DNA of 60,239 nt, the filler included. It is 9 parts of 9 records of this genome, joined end to end, with 100 filler letters (N's around TTAATTAATTAA, not from the genome) between each part and the next. Parts side by side here need not be neighbours in the genome. Positions count along the whole stretch, not along the records: positions 5,664 to 12,627 come from SRR31156797_57433; positions 12,728 to 18,592 come from SRR31156797_57539; positions 18,693 to 27,339 come from SRR31156797_57582; 6 more parts are not named here. One strand, written 5' to 3'. Position 1 is the stretch's first letter. Each line of letters starts with the position of its first letter. The notes under the pieces are model-generated. The model searched no databases, was not told where the DNA came from, and saw only the letters and a program-made list of their open reading frames with translations. The translations under genes and the position numbers were made by a program. This document shows, one piece after another, positions 10,359 to 21,290 of this stretch.

Positions 10359-12488
10359 ATGCAAAATGCCTATTTAGACAGAATTAGCCAATCTTTAAAC
10401 GTACAGAGTTGGCAAATTATTGCCACAAACAAGCTTTTTGATCAACAAGCAACTATTCCGTTTATTGCCAGATATCGTAAAGAAGCCACAGGTAACCTCG
10501 ATGAAATCCAATTATCAGAGATAAAAAAACTTATCGATTATTATGCTGAATTAGATAAAAGAAAAACTTATGTAATTGGTATTATCAAGGAGTTGGGGAA
10601 GTTAACACCTGAATTGGAGAAAGAGATTAACTCCACGATTGATGCTGAGGTACTCGAGGATTTGTTTTTGCCATATAAGCCAAGCAGAAAAACAAGGGCT
10701 ACTAAGGCCAGAGATGCCGGATTAGAGCCTGTTGCTATTAAGGTTTTTAAGCAGAAAGAAGTTGTAACAAAGAATGAGCTTGGGCAATTAACTTCTGATG
10801 ATTTTCCAAGTGTTGAAGACGTTGAGCAAGGAGTTGTTGATATTATAGCTGATGTTATTTCTACGAATGCTGATGTGAGAAATCATTTTAGGACAGTATA
10901 TTATAAAGAAGGAGCACTTAAAAGCAAACTCAAAGTAGGAGTTAAGGAGCCGGGTAAATATGAAAACTATACGAGTTATTCGGAGCCTATAAAAAAATTA
11001 AAAACACATAGAGCTTTGGCAGTGTTTCGTGGCGAAAAAGAGGGGATACTTTCCATAGGAATTGAGATAGATGCTGAACGATTGATTCATTTTCTCAGAA
11101 AGAGATTTTTAAAAGGATATGGGACAACCCAGGAATATGTAAAACAAGCTATTGAGGAAGCATTTAAAAGGCTTTTGCATCCAGCATTGGAGAATGAGAC
11201 CTTGAAAAAACTACGAGAAGAGGCTGATTTGGTTTCAATTAAACTTTTTGCCAATAACTTAAGGCAATTATTAATGGCAGCGCCTCTTGGTGAGAAAAGA
11301 ATTTTGGCTATTGATCCCGGATTCAGAACAGGTTGTAAAGTAGTGTGCCTTGATGAATCAGGGAAATTATTGCATAATGAAACCATATATCCACATCCTC
11401 CACAAAATGATGTAAAAAAAGCAATTCATAAAGTTCAATCGTTAACGGACGCATATAATCCGGATGCCATTGCTATTGGAAATGGAACGGCAAGTAAGGA
11501 GACTGAGCGGTTTATTCGTAAATTAAGGTTTAAAAAAGATATTCAGGTATTTATGGTCAATGAAGATGGGGCTTCTGTGTATTCTGCTTCCAAAGTTGCT
11601 CGTCAGGAATTCCCGGATTATGATGTAACGGTTCGTGGTGCTGTATCTATTGGACGAAGATTAATGGATCCGCTTGCTGAGTTAATCAAGATTGACCCAA
11701 AATCTATTGGTGTAGGACAATACCAGCATGATGTGGACCAAAAACTACTCAAAGAGGAGCTTGATACGACGGTTTTTAGTTGTGTGAATGAAGTGGGTGT
11801 AAATCTAAATACGGCAAGCAAGCATTTATTGTCATATGTTTCAGGTTTGACGCCTGTTTTAGCTGAAAATATTGTAACATATAGGACCGAAAATCAAAAA
11901 ATTAAAAATAGAAAAGAGCTTATGAAAGTTCCAAGGCTTGGTCCAAAAGCATTTGAACAGGCAGCAGGATTTTTAAGAATAAGCAATGGTGATAACCCTT
12001 TGGATAATACAGGGGTACACCCCGAAAGTTACAAAATTGTTAAGGCTATAGCTGATTTAAAGAAACTACCACTAGATAAACTAATCGATGCTGATATTAG
12101 CATTTCTAAAGATGAAATGAGTGAGTTAATAAGTAGTGGATTTGGTGAATATACTATTGCTGATATTATTAAGGAATTAAAACAGCCGGGAAGAGATCCA
12201 AGGGGAGAGTCCAACGTGTTTACTTTTAATCAACAAATTGAGACCATTAATGATTTACGTGAGGGAATGAAATTACCAGGTATTGTCACTAATATAACTG
12301 ATTTTGGTGCTTTTATTGATATTGGCATAAAGCAAAATGGATTGGTACACATTTCAGAAATATGCGATGAGTATATATCACACCCTTCAGAGAAATTAGC
12401 TATAAATGATCAATTAATTTTAGTAGTTAAATCGGTTGATTTAGAAAGGGATCGTATACAATTGTCAATAAAAGATGCGAAAATGTAA
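10359..12488 (+). CDS. tex: Tex family RNA-binding transcription accessory protein
   Basis: ATIPFIARYRKEATG, LAIDPGFRTGCK, GAVSIGRRLMDPLAELIKIDPKSIGVGQYQHD and a C-terminal S1 domain (TDFGAFIDIG). Confidence 0.95.
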   Translation: MQNAYLDRISQSLNVQSWQIIATNKLFDQQATIPFIARYRKEATGNLDEIQLSEIKKLIDYYAELDKRKTYVIGIIKELGKLTPELEKEINSTIDAEVLEDLFLPYKPSRKTRATKARDAGLEPVAIKVFKQKEVVTKNELGQLTSDDFPSVEDVEQGVVDIIADVISTNADVRNHFRTVYYKEGALKSKLKVGVKEPGKYENYTSYSEPIKKLKTHRALAVFRGEKEGILSIGIEIDAERLIHFLRKRFLKGYGTTQEYVKQAIEEAFKRLLHPALENETLKKLREEADLVSIKLFANNLRQLLMAAPLGEKRILAIDPGFRTGCKVVCLDESGKLLHNETIYPHPPQNDVKKAIHKVQSLTDAYNPDAIAIGNGTASKETERFIRKLRFKKDIQVFMVNEDGASVYSASKVARQEFPDYDVTVRGAVSIGRRLMDPLAELIKIDPKSIGVGQYQHDVDQKLLKEELDTTVFSCVNEVGVNLNTASKHLLSYVSGLTPVLAENIVTYRTENQKIKNRKELMKVPRLGPKAFEQAAGFLRISNGDNPLDNTGVHPESYKIVKAIADLKKLPLDKLIDADISISKDEMSELISSGFGEYTIADIIKELKQPGRDPRGESNVFTFNQQIETINDLREGMKLPGIVTNITDFGAFIDIGIKQNGLVHISEICDEYISHPSEKLAINDQLILVVKSVDLERDRIQLSIKDAKM

Positions 12489-12597
12489 CGATTTGTTTTG
12501 CAATTCTAAAACAAAGAATTATTTTTGCAGCCGCATCTGAGGAAAACGATGCGATGATCTATAAAAAATTGATAAAAATTATTTTAGATATTTTCCC

Positions 12598-12627
12598 GGA
12601 GAGGTGGGTGAGTGGCTGAAACCACAT
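12598..12627 (+). tRNA. tRNA-Ser 5' fragment (truncated by contig end)
   Basis: GGAGAGGTGGGTGAGTGGCTGAAACCACAT is a typical Ser-tRNA acceptor and D-arm; the anticodon is not visible. Confidence 0.75.
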
Positions 12628-12727
12628 NNNNNNNNNNNNNNNNNNNNNNNNNNNNNNNNNNNNNNNNNNNNTTAATTAATTAANNNNNNNNNNNNNNNNN
12701 NNNNNNNNNNNNNNNNNNNNNNNNNNN
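12628..12727. other. Artificial contig linker
   Basis: N-runs around TTAATTAATTAA. Confidence 0.99.
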
Positions 12728-12797
12728 AAATCGGTCTTGACATGGGGTCCACTTTAACTGGAGAATGCAGATGAACGATAAAGAAAACCTGATCGTT

Positions 12798-13388
12798 TTA
12801 AAAAGACAACAGGGGGAATAGCTCCTTTGGTTTTTCCTTTTTCTTAATGGAGGGGAAAAACTCAATGCTGTCTTTTTGAAATGATTCCTGCATTTCTTCA
12901 TTGACCTGGGTAGACAGAGGAAGATAATAAACAGCAAATTTCATTTTTAAAGAATCATTGTTCAGCTTCAGTTTGATCTTGACATCCTTATACTTCCATT
13001 TTTGTATGACCTGATTTGTCTTTGTAGAGTATGATTTGTCTGGGAAGTCCCCGTATTTTTTACGGATGTAACTATTTACCTTGCCATAGATCTCCATTGT
13101 TTCAAGGTCGATATACACGGCAAAAAACTTATTGGTGAAAAATCCATAAAGGACAGTGACGGGAGTACCATTCTCAAGGGCGTGGGCTTTGGAAGGATTG
13201 AAATAAAAATCGACATTTCCTTTTGTGTATGCTTTTTCAAACGTTTTAAGATCTTTAATGTCCGTGCCCCATTTTATTCCTGAAAAACCTTCTCCGATAT
13301 CGGTTGTACCAACAGTTCCGCAGAAACTATTAGTTGTGCTTATCCCGATAATAACAACGCAGCAAATAATCGTCCATAAATGTTTCAT
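12798..13388 (-). CDS. Hypothetical exported protein
   Basis: 196-aa ORF with an N-terminal hydrophobic signal, a GFSGIKWG motif and an AAGGA RBS. Confidence 0.75.
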   Translation of the reverse strand: MKHLWTIICCVVIIGISTTNSFCGTVGTTDIGEGFSGIKWGTDIKDLKTFEKAYTKGNVDFYFNPSKAHALENGTPVTVLYGFFTNKFFAVYIDLETMEIYGKVNSYIRKKYGDFPDKSYSTKTNQVIQKWKYKDVKIKLKLNNDSLKMKFAVYYLPLSTQVNEEMQESFQKDSIEFFPSIKKKEKPKELFPLLSF

Positions 13389-13621
13389 GGCTTATCCTTT
13401 CTCCAACTATTGTTTGTTGCTATCTGTGTTCTTTACGAATTCTGATTGTTTTGAGTCAGGTATACCCTCAGGCGATATTACCTTAGTCTTTCGACTATCA
13501 GTGCTTTTTCAAAAACTTGCAACCTTTTTTTTGTGCATGCTCTTTTTCGAAAAGAGAACGCTTAGGACTGATTCGGCGGGGTTAAATTAACACCTTTGTA
13601 TGACAACTGCCTCAGGTTTTG

Positions 13622-13933
13622 TTAATCGGTTTTTCCATATTTATCCAAAATCTGTATTGTCAGGATATTATCGATCGGCACAATATATTTCTCAATATGC
13701 TTTGAAAAGAACACATATTTTTTTATATGCACATTTTTTAAAATTAGATGGGTGCAGGTTTCCGACAAATCAACAACATCCGCGTCATATATTTTTTTGG
13801 TGTTTAAAACAGGATCTTTATCCTTGAAGGTCAGTTTAACTTTTTTATCCACTAACTTAAGATAATCCCCCACTGTTTTTAATTTCAGCAGACCGCCTAT
13901 TCGAAATTGTACTTCTTTGTTGCTATTATGCAT
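13622..13933 (-). CDS. Hypothetical protein (possible Sm/SH3-like beta-barrel)
   Basis: 103-aa AT-rich ORF; the pattern KKVKLTFKD...YDADVVDL...LILKN...IVPIDNILTIQI suggests an Sm-like fold (inference). Confidence 0.55.
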   Translation of the reverse strand: MHNSNKEVQFRIGGLLKLKTVGDYLKLVDKKVKLTFKDKDPVLNTKKIYDADVVDLSETCTHLILKNVHIKKYVFFSKHIEKYIVPIDNILTIQILDKYGKTD

Positions 13934-14045
13934 CCGTTATCCAAGTATCTTAAATTTTAATGTAGTGTATGGCGCAGCCATTATAATTAGCCGGACGTGC
14001 CTGTGTTGCCTTTACGCGGTATTGTTCCGTTTTTTTGTCGGGGAA

Positions 14046-15434
14046 TCACGCCCTGGGTTTCTGTTTCAGGATATCGTAGTAGGTGAGGATCTGTTTTACG
14101 TAGTGGACCGGTTCCCGGCCCCTGGCGTAGCCGTATTGTGTTGTTTTATAGTAGTGTTTCTTGGTTAACAGGGGCAGGGTCTTTTCCATGGTTTCCCAGC
14201 GGTTTTTGTTCAGGCCCTTTTCCTGGGCGATTACCTGGGCGTCCCGGATGTGGCCGTAGCCGATGTTGTAGGAGCCAAGGGCGAACAGGAGGCGCTGGTG
14301 GGGGTCGTGGATGTCGTCGAACCGCTGGTAGAGCTTGTCCAGGTATTGGATGCCCGCCTTGAGGCTTTGTTCGGGGTTGAGGCGGTTGCTGATGCCCATC
14401 TCCCTTGCCGTGTCCATGGTGACCTGCATGAGTCCGCGGACACCGGTGCGGCTGCGGGCCCAGGGGTTGAAGTGGGACTCCTGGTAGACCACCGCCGCGA
14501 TCATCCGCCAGTCGAATCCGTATTTCCGGGATTCCCTTTCAATGGTTTCCCGGTAGCGGGGAAGCCGGGTCTCGATGCGCTCGTGGAACTTTTTCAGGTC
14601 AAAATAGTCAAAGGAGTCCAGGTTGCTGTAGTATTTCTTATGGAGCCTTTCCTGGATTTCCTTGGTCTCGGGGGACGCCAGGAATTGGTTCATGGCTTCC
14701 AGCAAGGTGGGGTCCTTTGACTTGACGGCCCAGGCCAGGGGCTGCTCCTGTTCGAGGTCGAGACCGATGACGATGTCGGGATGGTACCTGCGGTTGAGAA
14801 GCGCGATGTTGGAGTCGGCCACGGTATACTTTATCTCCCGCTCCGCGACCATGCGGATCAGCTCGTCCGTGGAGGTGTTGTCATGGAGGACGATGGTGAT
14901 GTCCACGCCGTTTTGTTTGATCTGTTCAAGCCTTGCATGGTAGGAGGTGCCCCGGCGCACATGGATGGTTTTGCCGGCCAGGGCCTCGATGTTTTTTACC
15001 CCGAAAATAAGCTTGTGGTGGATCAGTTTCTGCTGGACCGTCATGTAGGGGTCGGAAAAGCTGATGACCTTTTCCCGGTCCTCCGTGATGGTGAGGCCCG
15101 CGGCAATGAAGTCTCCCCAGCCCTGCTCGAGAAAACGGGTCATGTTGTTCCAGCCTGGGGTGACCACCTCGAGATCCAGTTCGAGATAATCGGCAAAGGC
15201 CTTTGCCAGCTCATACTCGAATCCCATGGGCTCGCCCTGGTAGATGTAGTAGGCGTTGGCATTGACCGAGGTGATCATGCGGACGGTCTTTGCCTTGTTC
15301 ACCTTGTAAAGAGTGGTGCCGCCCTCGAAAAGATCGCCGTTCTTTTTTTTCTGGATGCAGATGAAGGCGAGTTCCAGGCACAGGACCAGCATGAAGCCGG
15401 AAACAAAGAGTATGAAAATTGTTTTTTTAAACAT
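14046..15434 (-). CDS. mltF: Membrane-bound lytic murein transglycosylase F
   Basis: PBPb domain (GFEYELAKAFA) fused to an SLT domain (YQESHFNP, GVRGLMQVT, SYNIGYGH, YGYARGREPV). Confidence 0.93.
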   Translation of the reverse strand: MFKKTIFILFVSGFMLVLCLELAFICIQKKKNGDLFEGGTTLYKVNKAKTVRMITSVNANAYYIYQGEPMGFEYELAKAFADYLELDLEVVTPGWNNMTRFLEQGWGDFIAAGLTITEDREKVISFSDPYMTVQQKLIHHKLIFGVKNIEALAGKTIHVRRGTSYHARLEQIKQNGVDITIVLHDNTSTDELIRMVAEREIKYTVADSNIALLNRRYHPDIVIGLDLEQEQPLAWAVKSKDPTLLEAMNQFLASPETKEIQERLHKKYYSNLDSFDYFDLKKFHERIETRLPRYRETIERESRKYGFDWRMIAAVVYQESHFNPWARSRTGVRGLMQVTMDTAREMGISNRLNPEQSLKAGIQYLDKLYQRFDDIHDPHQRLLFALGSYNIGYGHIRDAQVIAQEKGLNKNRWETMEKTLPLLTKKHYYKTTQYGYARGREPVHYVKQILTYYDILKQKPRA

Positions 15435-15447
15435 AGGCCCTGCCGGG

Positions 15448-17709
15448 TTATTCTTCCGGTTCTATTACCTCTATGTGGCTGACGTTCTGGAAGCCCCTGG
15501 GCAGCTTTTTCCCCCTGTACCCCCGCTTTGACCTGTAGTTCTCCTGGTTGCCGGCGGAGAGTTTTAAAAAATGTTTTCCAGCATAAATAACAAGCGTTGC
15601 GTTTTCCGGCAACAGTTTTAATATCTTGAGCCGTTCGGTTCCGGGCACGGAGAGCTGGTCCCTGGGAATCCCGATAATCTTGTTGCCCTTGCCCTTTTCC
15701 ATGATGGGCATCTCGCTTACGGGAAAGATGATCAGCCGGCCTGCGGTGGTGATGGCCGCCAAGAGGTCGGTCTCGGGGTTCATGATCAGCTGGGGATCCC
15801 TGAACTGGGCAAGCTCGCTCAGGTTCAGCACGGCCTTGCCGTTTCTGCTTTTTGCAATGAGGTTGGAGAACTGGGTGATGAAGCCGAATCCCGTGTCCGT
15901 GTACAAAAGGAATAGGTCGTCGTCATCCCCGGTGACAAGGCTTGTGATATGGGCGTCCGGCCGCAGGGTCAGCCGTCCGGTCAGTGGTTCTCCCATGCCC
16001 CGGGCCGAGGGGAGGGTATGGGTGGCGATGGAGTAGCTCCTGCCCGTGGAATCGAAAAAGGCGGTTGGGCGGTTGCTCATGGTGGGGGCCACCGACAGCA
16101 GGGAATCCCCGGATTTGAACTTGAGCTTAGCCGGGTCGATATCATGGCCCTTGGCCGCACGAATCCATCCGTTCTTGGACAGGATCACGGATACGGCCTC
16201 GGTCTGGATCACCTCCTCCTCGGAAAAGGCCTCGGCCTCCTTCCGCTCCGTGATGGGAGAGCGCCGCTTGTCCCCGTGTTTCTTTGCATCTTCCCGGATC
16301 TCTTTCTTGATGAGGTTCTTGAGCAGTTTTTCCGAGGCAAGGGTTTTTTCCAGCTGGTCCCGCTCCTTGTCGAGTTCATCCTTTTCCGCCCGGATCTTGA
16401 TCTCTTCGAGCTTTGCAAGGCTGCGAAGCTTTATCTCGAGGATGGCGGTGGCCTGGCGGTCGCTGAGCTGGAATGCCTCCATGAGATCGGGTTTCGGATC
16501 ATCGCTGTTCCGGATGATGGCGATGACTTCATCGATGTTGAGAAAGGCTATTAGCAGGCCTTCGAGGATGTGAAGCCGGTCGTTCACCTTTTCGAGCCGG
16601 TGCTCCAGGCGTTTCCGTACGGTTTCGGTCCTGAACTCCAGCCATTCGGACAGAACGGTCAGCAGGGGTTTTACCTCAGGCTTGCCGTTGAGGCCGATCA
16701 TGTTCATGTTGACCCGGTAGGAGCGCTCCAGATCCGTGGTGGCGAAGAGGTGGTCCATGAGGGCGTCCGCATTGGTCCTGGCCTTTGGTATGATGACCAG
16801 GCGGGTGGGATCCTCGTGGTCGGACTCGTCCCGGATATCCACCACCATGGGAAGCCGTTTCGCCTGCATCTGTGCGGCGATCTGCTCGAGGATCTTCTCC
16901 CCGGAGGAATGGTGGGGCAGGGCGGTCACCACGATGTCACCGTCGTCCACATGGAACTTTGCCCGCATCTTGATCCTGCCGTTGCCGGTTTTGTACATCT
17001 GCTTGATTTCGTCCGGGGGGGTGATAATCTCGGCTTCGGTGGGATAATCCGGCCCATGGATGAAGCCGCAGATCTTGTCGAGCCCGGCATTGGGATGGTC
17101 AAGCATATAGACCAGGGCCTGGGCGACCTCGGTGAGATTATGGGGGGCAATGTCGGTTGCCATTCCCACGGCAATGCCGGTGGTGCCGTTCAGCAGGATA
17201 TTGGGCAGCCGGGCCGGCAGCAGGGCCGGCTCCTTCAGGGTGCCGTCAAAGTTGGGGACCCACTCGGTGGCCCCGAGATCCAGCTCGGACAGGAGCACTT
17301 CGGCGTACTTTGAGAGTCTTGATTCGGTGTAACGCATGGCTGCAAAGGATTTGGGGTCGTCCTGGGCTCCCCAGTTGCCCTGGCCGTCCAGGAGGGGGTA
17401 GCGGCAGGAGAAGGGCTGGGCCAGCAGCACCATGGCCTCATAGCAGGCCGAATCCCCGTGGGGATGAAATTTACCCAGAACATCCCCGACGGTTCTGGCC
17501 GATTTTTTGTATTTTGCCGTGGCGGACAGCCCCAGCTGGCTCATGGCGTAGACGATCCTTCGCTGTACCGGTTTGAGGCCGTCCCCGATATAGGGCAGGG
17601 CCCTGTCGAGGATGACATACATGGAGTAGTTGAGGTATGCGTTTTCGGCAAAATCTTGAAAGGGCTGTTTCTCAAAACCCTCGAGGCTTGTAATTGCGCT
17701 AGTTCCCAT
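15448..17709 (-). CDS. parC: DNA topoisomerase IV subunit A
   Basis: [37 protein letters not shown] and FAAMRYTE; 753 aa with no GyrA box seen. Confidence 0.95.
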   Translation of the reverse strand: MGTSAITSLEGFEKQPFQDFAENAYLNYSMYVILDRALPYIGDGLKPVQRRIVYAMSQLGLSATAKYKKSARTVGDVLGKFHPHGDSACYEAMVLLAQPFSCRYPLLDGQGNWGAQDDPKSFAAMRYTESRLSKYAEVLLSELDLGATEWVPNFDGTLKEPALLPARLPNILLNGTTGIAVGMATDIAPHNLTEVAQALVYMLDHPNAGLDKICGFIHGPDYPTEAEIITPPDEIKQMYKTGNGRIKMRAKFHVDDGDIVVTALPHHSSGEKILEQIAAQMQAKRLPMVVDIRDESDHEDPTRLVIIPKARTNADALMDHLFATTDLERSYRVNMNMIGLNGKPEVKPLLTVLSEWLEFRTETVRKRLEHRLEKVNDRLHILEGLLIAFLNIDEVIAIIRNSDDPKPDLMEAFQLSDRQATAILEIKLRSLAKLEEIKIRAEKDELDKERDQLEKTLASEKLLKNLIKKEIREDAKKHGDKRRSPITERKEAEAFSEEEVIQTEAVSVILSKNGWIRAAKGHDIDPAKLKFKSGDSLLSVAPTMSNRPTAFFDSTGRSYSIATHTLPSARGMGEPLTGRLTLRPDAHITSLVTGDDDDLFLLYTDTGFGFITQFSNLIAKSRNGKAVLNLSELAQFRDPQLIMNPETDLLAAITTAGRLIIFPVSEMPIMEKGKGNKIIGIPRDQLSVPGTERLKILKLLPENATLVIYAGKHFLKLSAGNQENYRSKRGYRGKKLPRGFQNVSHIEVIEPEE

Positions 17710-18592
17710 TATGATTCAATCTCTTTGATGTTTCCCTTTGTTTCGATCCACCTGCGCCTGTCCGACGCCCGTTTCTTTCCAAGGAGCATGTCCATGGTTT
17801 TGAACACCCTCTCTTCGGCGGTTGCTTCATCTTCATCCCCCTCATCATGGTCGATCACCAGCTGGACAAGCCGCCGGGTGTCAGGGGCGATGGTGGTTTC
17901 CCTGAGCTGTACCGGGTTCATTTCGCCAAGACCCTTGAACCGCTGGACATTGATCTTGCCGTGGCGCTTTTTTTTCTGGATCCGCTTGAGGATGCTCTCC
18001 CGTTCGGCGTCGTCCAGGGCGTAAAACACCTCCTTGCCCACATCGATGCGGAACAGGGGAGGCATGGCCATGAAGATGTGTCCTCCCCTTACCACCTGCC
18101 TGAAATGCCTGAAAAACAGGGCGCACAAGAGGGTGGCGATGTGAAGGCCGTCCGAGTCCGCATCGGCCAGGATGCAGATCTTGTTGTACCGCAGTTCCGA
18201 GATGTCGTCGGAGTCCGGGTCCACGCCCATGGCCACCGAGATGTCGTGGATCTCCTTGGAGCTCAGGATCTGGGAGGGGTCCGTGTCCCAGGTATTGAGA
18301 ATCTTACCCTTCAGGGGCATGATGGCCTGGAACCGGCGGTCCCTTGCCTGTTTGGCCGAGCCCCCCGCGGAGTCTCCCTCCACGAGAAAAAGCTCGCTCT
18401 TTTCAGGGTCGCTGCTGGTGCAGTCGCTCAGTTTGCCGGGAAGGGCCGGGCCGCTGGTCACCCGTTTCCGGGTCACCTTCCGGGCCTTTTTGAGCCGGTT
18501 CCGCGCGTTTTCGATGGTCAGTTCGGCCAGCTTCTCGCCCACGTCCGTGTTTTGGTTGAGCCAGAGGCTGAAGGCGTCCTTGACGGCCGAGT
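17709..18592 (-). CDS. parE: DNA topoisomerase IV subunit B (5' truncated)
   Basis: [38 protein letters not shown] and [11 protein letters not shown]; its stop overlaps the parC start. Confidence 0.95.
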
Positions 18593-18692
18593 NNNNNNNN
18601 NNNNNNNNNNNNNNNNNNNNNNNNNNNNNNNNNNNNTTAATTAATTAANNNNNNNNNNNNNNNNNNNNNNNNNNNNNNNNNNNNNNNNNNNN
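18593..18692. other. Artificial contig linker
   Basis: N-runs around TTAATTAATTAA. Confidence 0.99.
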
Positions 18693-18720
18693 GTAGCGGG
18701 GTAGCATGCTACCCCGCTAC
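18693..18720. terminator. Perfect 28-bp palindrome downstream of fabF (hairpin or terminator)
   Basis: GTAGCGGGGTAGCATGCTACCCCGCTAC is its own reverse complement. Confidence 0.6.
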
Positions 18721-18734
18721 AAATCTATTAATTC

Positions 18735-19973
18735 TTACTCTTCGAATTTCTTAAACAGCATGCAGCCGTTTGTTCCGCCGAAGCCGAACGAGTTGCTCAG
18801 TACGTAGTTGACCTGCTGTTCACGTTTACCGTCTTTGCAGTAATCGAGATCACAGTCAGGATCTGCTTCGATCTGGTTTGCAGTGCCGGGGATGATTCCG
18901 GTTGCGAGGGTTTTAACAGCAAAAGCTGCTTCAACACCGCCTGCACCACCCAGGAGGTGGCCGATCTGGGATTTGTTTGCGCTGATGGCAATATCTTTTG
19001 CGTGGTCACCGAAGACCTTGTGGATGGCCTTGGTTTCGCAGAAGTCGTTCAGTTTGGTGGAAGTACCGTGAGCGTTGATGTGATCAATTTCGGAAGGATC
19101 AACTTTGGCTTCACGGATAGCTGCGTTCATGGCCCGGGCCATGCCTGCGCCGTCTTCCGGCGGTGCGGTCATGTGGTAGGCATCGGAAGATGCACCAAAT
19201 CCCACAACTTCAGCAAGAATCTCAGCGCCGCGTTTCTGGGCATGTTCAAGGGATTCAAGCAGCAGCAGACCTGCGCCTTCACCCATGACAAAGCCGTCAC
19301 GTCCGGAGTCAAAGGGACGAGATGCGGTTTCAGGATCATCATTGCGAGTGGAGAGAGCCTTCATGGCGGTAAATCCGGCAAAACCCAGCGGGGTGATGGT
19401 GGATTCGGCACCACCGCAGATCATTACATCGGCACGACCGAGCATGATGTCGGTGTATGCTGCGCCGATGGCGTGGGTACCGGATGCGCATGCTGTACAC
19501 ATACACAGGTTCGGGCCCTGCGCTTCGGCAAAGATGGAAACCTGTCCGGCCGCCATGTTACCGATGATGATCGGGATGAAAAAAGGTGTGATTTTTTTTG
19601 GACCGGATTTTTCCAGTTTGGCGTGCTGCTTTTCAATGGTATCAAGACCACCGAGGCCGACACCGATAACAACTCCTGCACGTTCACGGTCATCCCCTTC
19701 AAGCTTGAGTCCGGTGGACTCCATGAGCATCTGGTTGGCTGCCACAGCAAACTGTGTGAACCTTTCCATGCGTTTGGCCTGTTTGTGGGGGATGAATTCT
19801 TTGGGATCAAAGTCTTTGACTTCACCTGCGATACGTGCGGTGTATTCGCTGGCATCAAAGGCGGTAACTTCAGCAATACCGGACTTACCTGCAAGCAGGT
19901 TGTCCCAGCTGGTATCCACATCGTTACCAAGGGGGGTGATGGCGGAAACGCCTGTTACTACTACCCTGTTCAT
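18735..19973 (-). CDS. fabF: 3-oxoacyl-ACP synthase II
   Basis: TACASGTHAIG, INAHGTST, GHLLGGAG and SNSFGFGG; follows acpP. Confidence 0.96.
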   Translation of the reverse strand: MNRVVVTGVSAITPLGNDVDTSWDNLLAGKSGIAEVTAFDASEYTARIAGEVKDFDPKEFIPHKQAKRMERFTQFAVAANQMLMESTGLKLEGDDRERAGVVIGVGLGGLDTIEKQHAKLEKSGPKKITPFFIPIIIGNMAAGQVSIFAEAQGPNLCMCTACASGTHAIGAAYTDIMLGRADVMICGGAESTITPLGFAGFTAMKALSTRNDDPETASRPFDSGRDGFVMGEGAGLLLLESLEHAQKRGAEILAEVVGFGASSDAYHMTAPPEDGAGMARAMNAAIREAKVDPSEIDHINAHGTSTKLNDFCETKAIHKVFGDHAKDIAISANKSQIGHLLGGAGGVEAAFAVKTLATGIIPGTANQIEADPDCDLDYCKDGKREQQVNYVLSNSFGFGGTNGCMLFKKFEE

Positions 19974-20024
19974 ATATTTAAACCTGTAAAATATGTTGGG
20001 GTTAATTTTTTTGGAGGGCCATAC

Positions 20025-20070
20025 AAAAGGAGCGCCTTACGCCCGTGAGGAGCAATAAGGCGCTCTTTTT
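20025..20070 (-). terminator. Hairpin or terminator after acpP
   Basis: GAGCGCCTTA/TAAGGCGCTC stem flanked by A and T runs. Confidence 0.65.
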
Positions 20071-20093
20071 AAAAACCCTGTAAGCAATCAGTT

Positions 20094-20324
20094 CTACTGC
20101 TTGCTTTCAACGAATGCTACTGCATCCTTGACTTTGAGGATCTTCTGAGCTTCTTCGTCTTCGATTTCAACGTCGAACTCTTCTTCCATAGCCATGATGA
20201 GTTCGGTCAGGTCGAGAGAGTCGGCACCGAGGTCTTCAACAAAGGAAGCTTCGGGTTTAATTTCGTCTTCGGATACGCCAAGCTGGTCTACGATAATTGC
20301 TTTTACTTTTTCAGCTGCGGACAT
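20094..20324 (-). CDS. acpP: Acyl carrier protein
   Basis: [28 protein letters not shown] before ATG 20324. Confidence 0.97.
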   Translation of the reverse strand: MSAAEKVKAIIVDQLGVSEDEIKPEASFVEDLGADSLDLTELIMAMEEEFDVEIEDEEAQKILKVKDAVAFVESKQ

Positions 20325-20359
20325 AGTCCCCTCCAAATCATTATTTTAGTGTTTCTTAA

Positions 20360-21103
20360 TTACATGTACATCCCGCCGTTAACAGCGAGAGTCTGGCCTG
20401 TGATATAACCGGATTCGTCCTTGGCAAGGAAAGAAACCGCATTTGCTATATCATCGGATGTGCCGAGTTTTTTCAGCGGTATGTTGTCCATCATCTGCGC
20501 CATGACTCTTTCAGGCAGTTCTGCGGTCATGTCGGTCTGGATGAATCCCGGAGTAACGGCATTCACAGTGACACCGCGCGGAGCAAGCTCGATGGCGCTG
20601 GCCTTGGTCAGCCCGATGAGGCCGGCTTTGGCCGATACGTAGTTGGCCTGTCCGGCATTACCGGCCTGTCCAACTACAGAGGAAATGTTGATGATCCGAC
20701 CGAAACGCTGCTTCATCATGATCTTTGCGGATTCGCGCAGGCAGGTGAAGGCTCCGGTCAGGTTGATGTCCAGGACTTTGTCCCAGTCTTCATCCTTCAT
20801 GCGGACCAGAAGTCCATCGCGGGTGATTCCGGCGTTGTTCACCAGAACATCCAGCTTTACCTTGCCTTTGATTTCGTCCTTAAAAAAGGAGGATACAGCT
20901 TCACGGTCAGAAGAATCAAGTTTGAATGAGCGGGCCTTGCCGCCTGCAGCTTCAATCTCAGCGCAGACTTTTTCGGCTCCGTCGGGGCGGCTTACGTAGG
21001 TGATGATCACTTCAAAACCGTCTTTGGCGAGCCTCTTGGCGCAGGCTTCTCCGATTCCTCTGGAACCGCCCGTTACAAGGGCGGTGCTTGGCAGTTCACT
21101 CAT
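20360..21103 (-). CDS. fabG: 3-oxoacyl-ACP reductase
   Basis: TGGSRGIG, NNAGITRD, YVSAK and VNGGMYM. Confidence 0.97.
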   Translation of the reverse strand: MSELPSTALVTGGSRGIGEACAKRLAKDGFEVIITYVSRPDGAEKVCAEIEAAGGKARSFKLDSSDREAVSSFFKDEIKGKVKLDVLVNNAGITRDGLLVRMKDEDWDKVLDINLTGAFTCLRESAKIMMKQRFGRIINISSVVGQAGNAGQANYVSAKAGLIGLTKASAIELAPRGVTVNAVTPGFIQTDMTAELPERVMAQMMDNIPLKKLGTSDDIANAVSFLAKDESGYITGQTLAVNGGMYM

Positions 21104-21290
21104 TTACTTCCCTCTATGTTAAATTAATCTAGTCCTGCGTCTCATAGCCTAAAGCGGCTTTGACTGCAAATTTAATCTAAATTAATTTGTTTAAACATAC
21201 ATGTGCGTTTGCACACTGTTGTTTTTTCCTTTTATACAGAGGTGTTGCTAAAATTCAGTTAAGAACAGCAGAATTTTACAAAACACCACA

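Noticed and set aside
18693-18720. GTAG-starting perfect palindrome as a REP element
   Set aside because: It is a single copy at a contig edge just after the fabF stop; a terminator hairpin explains it.
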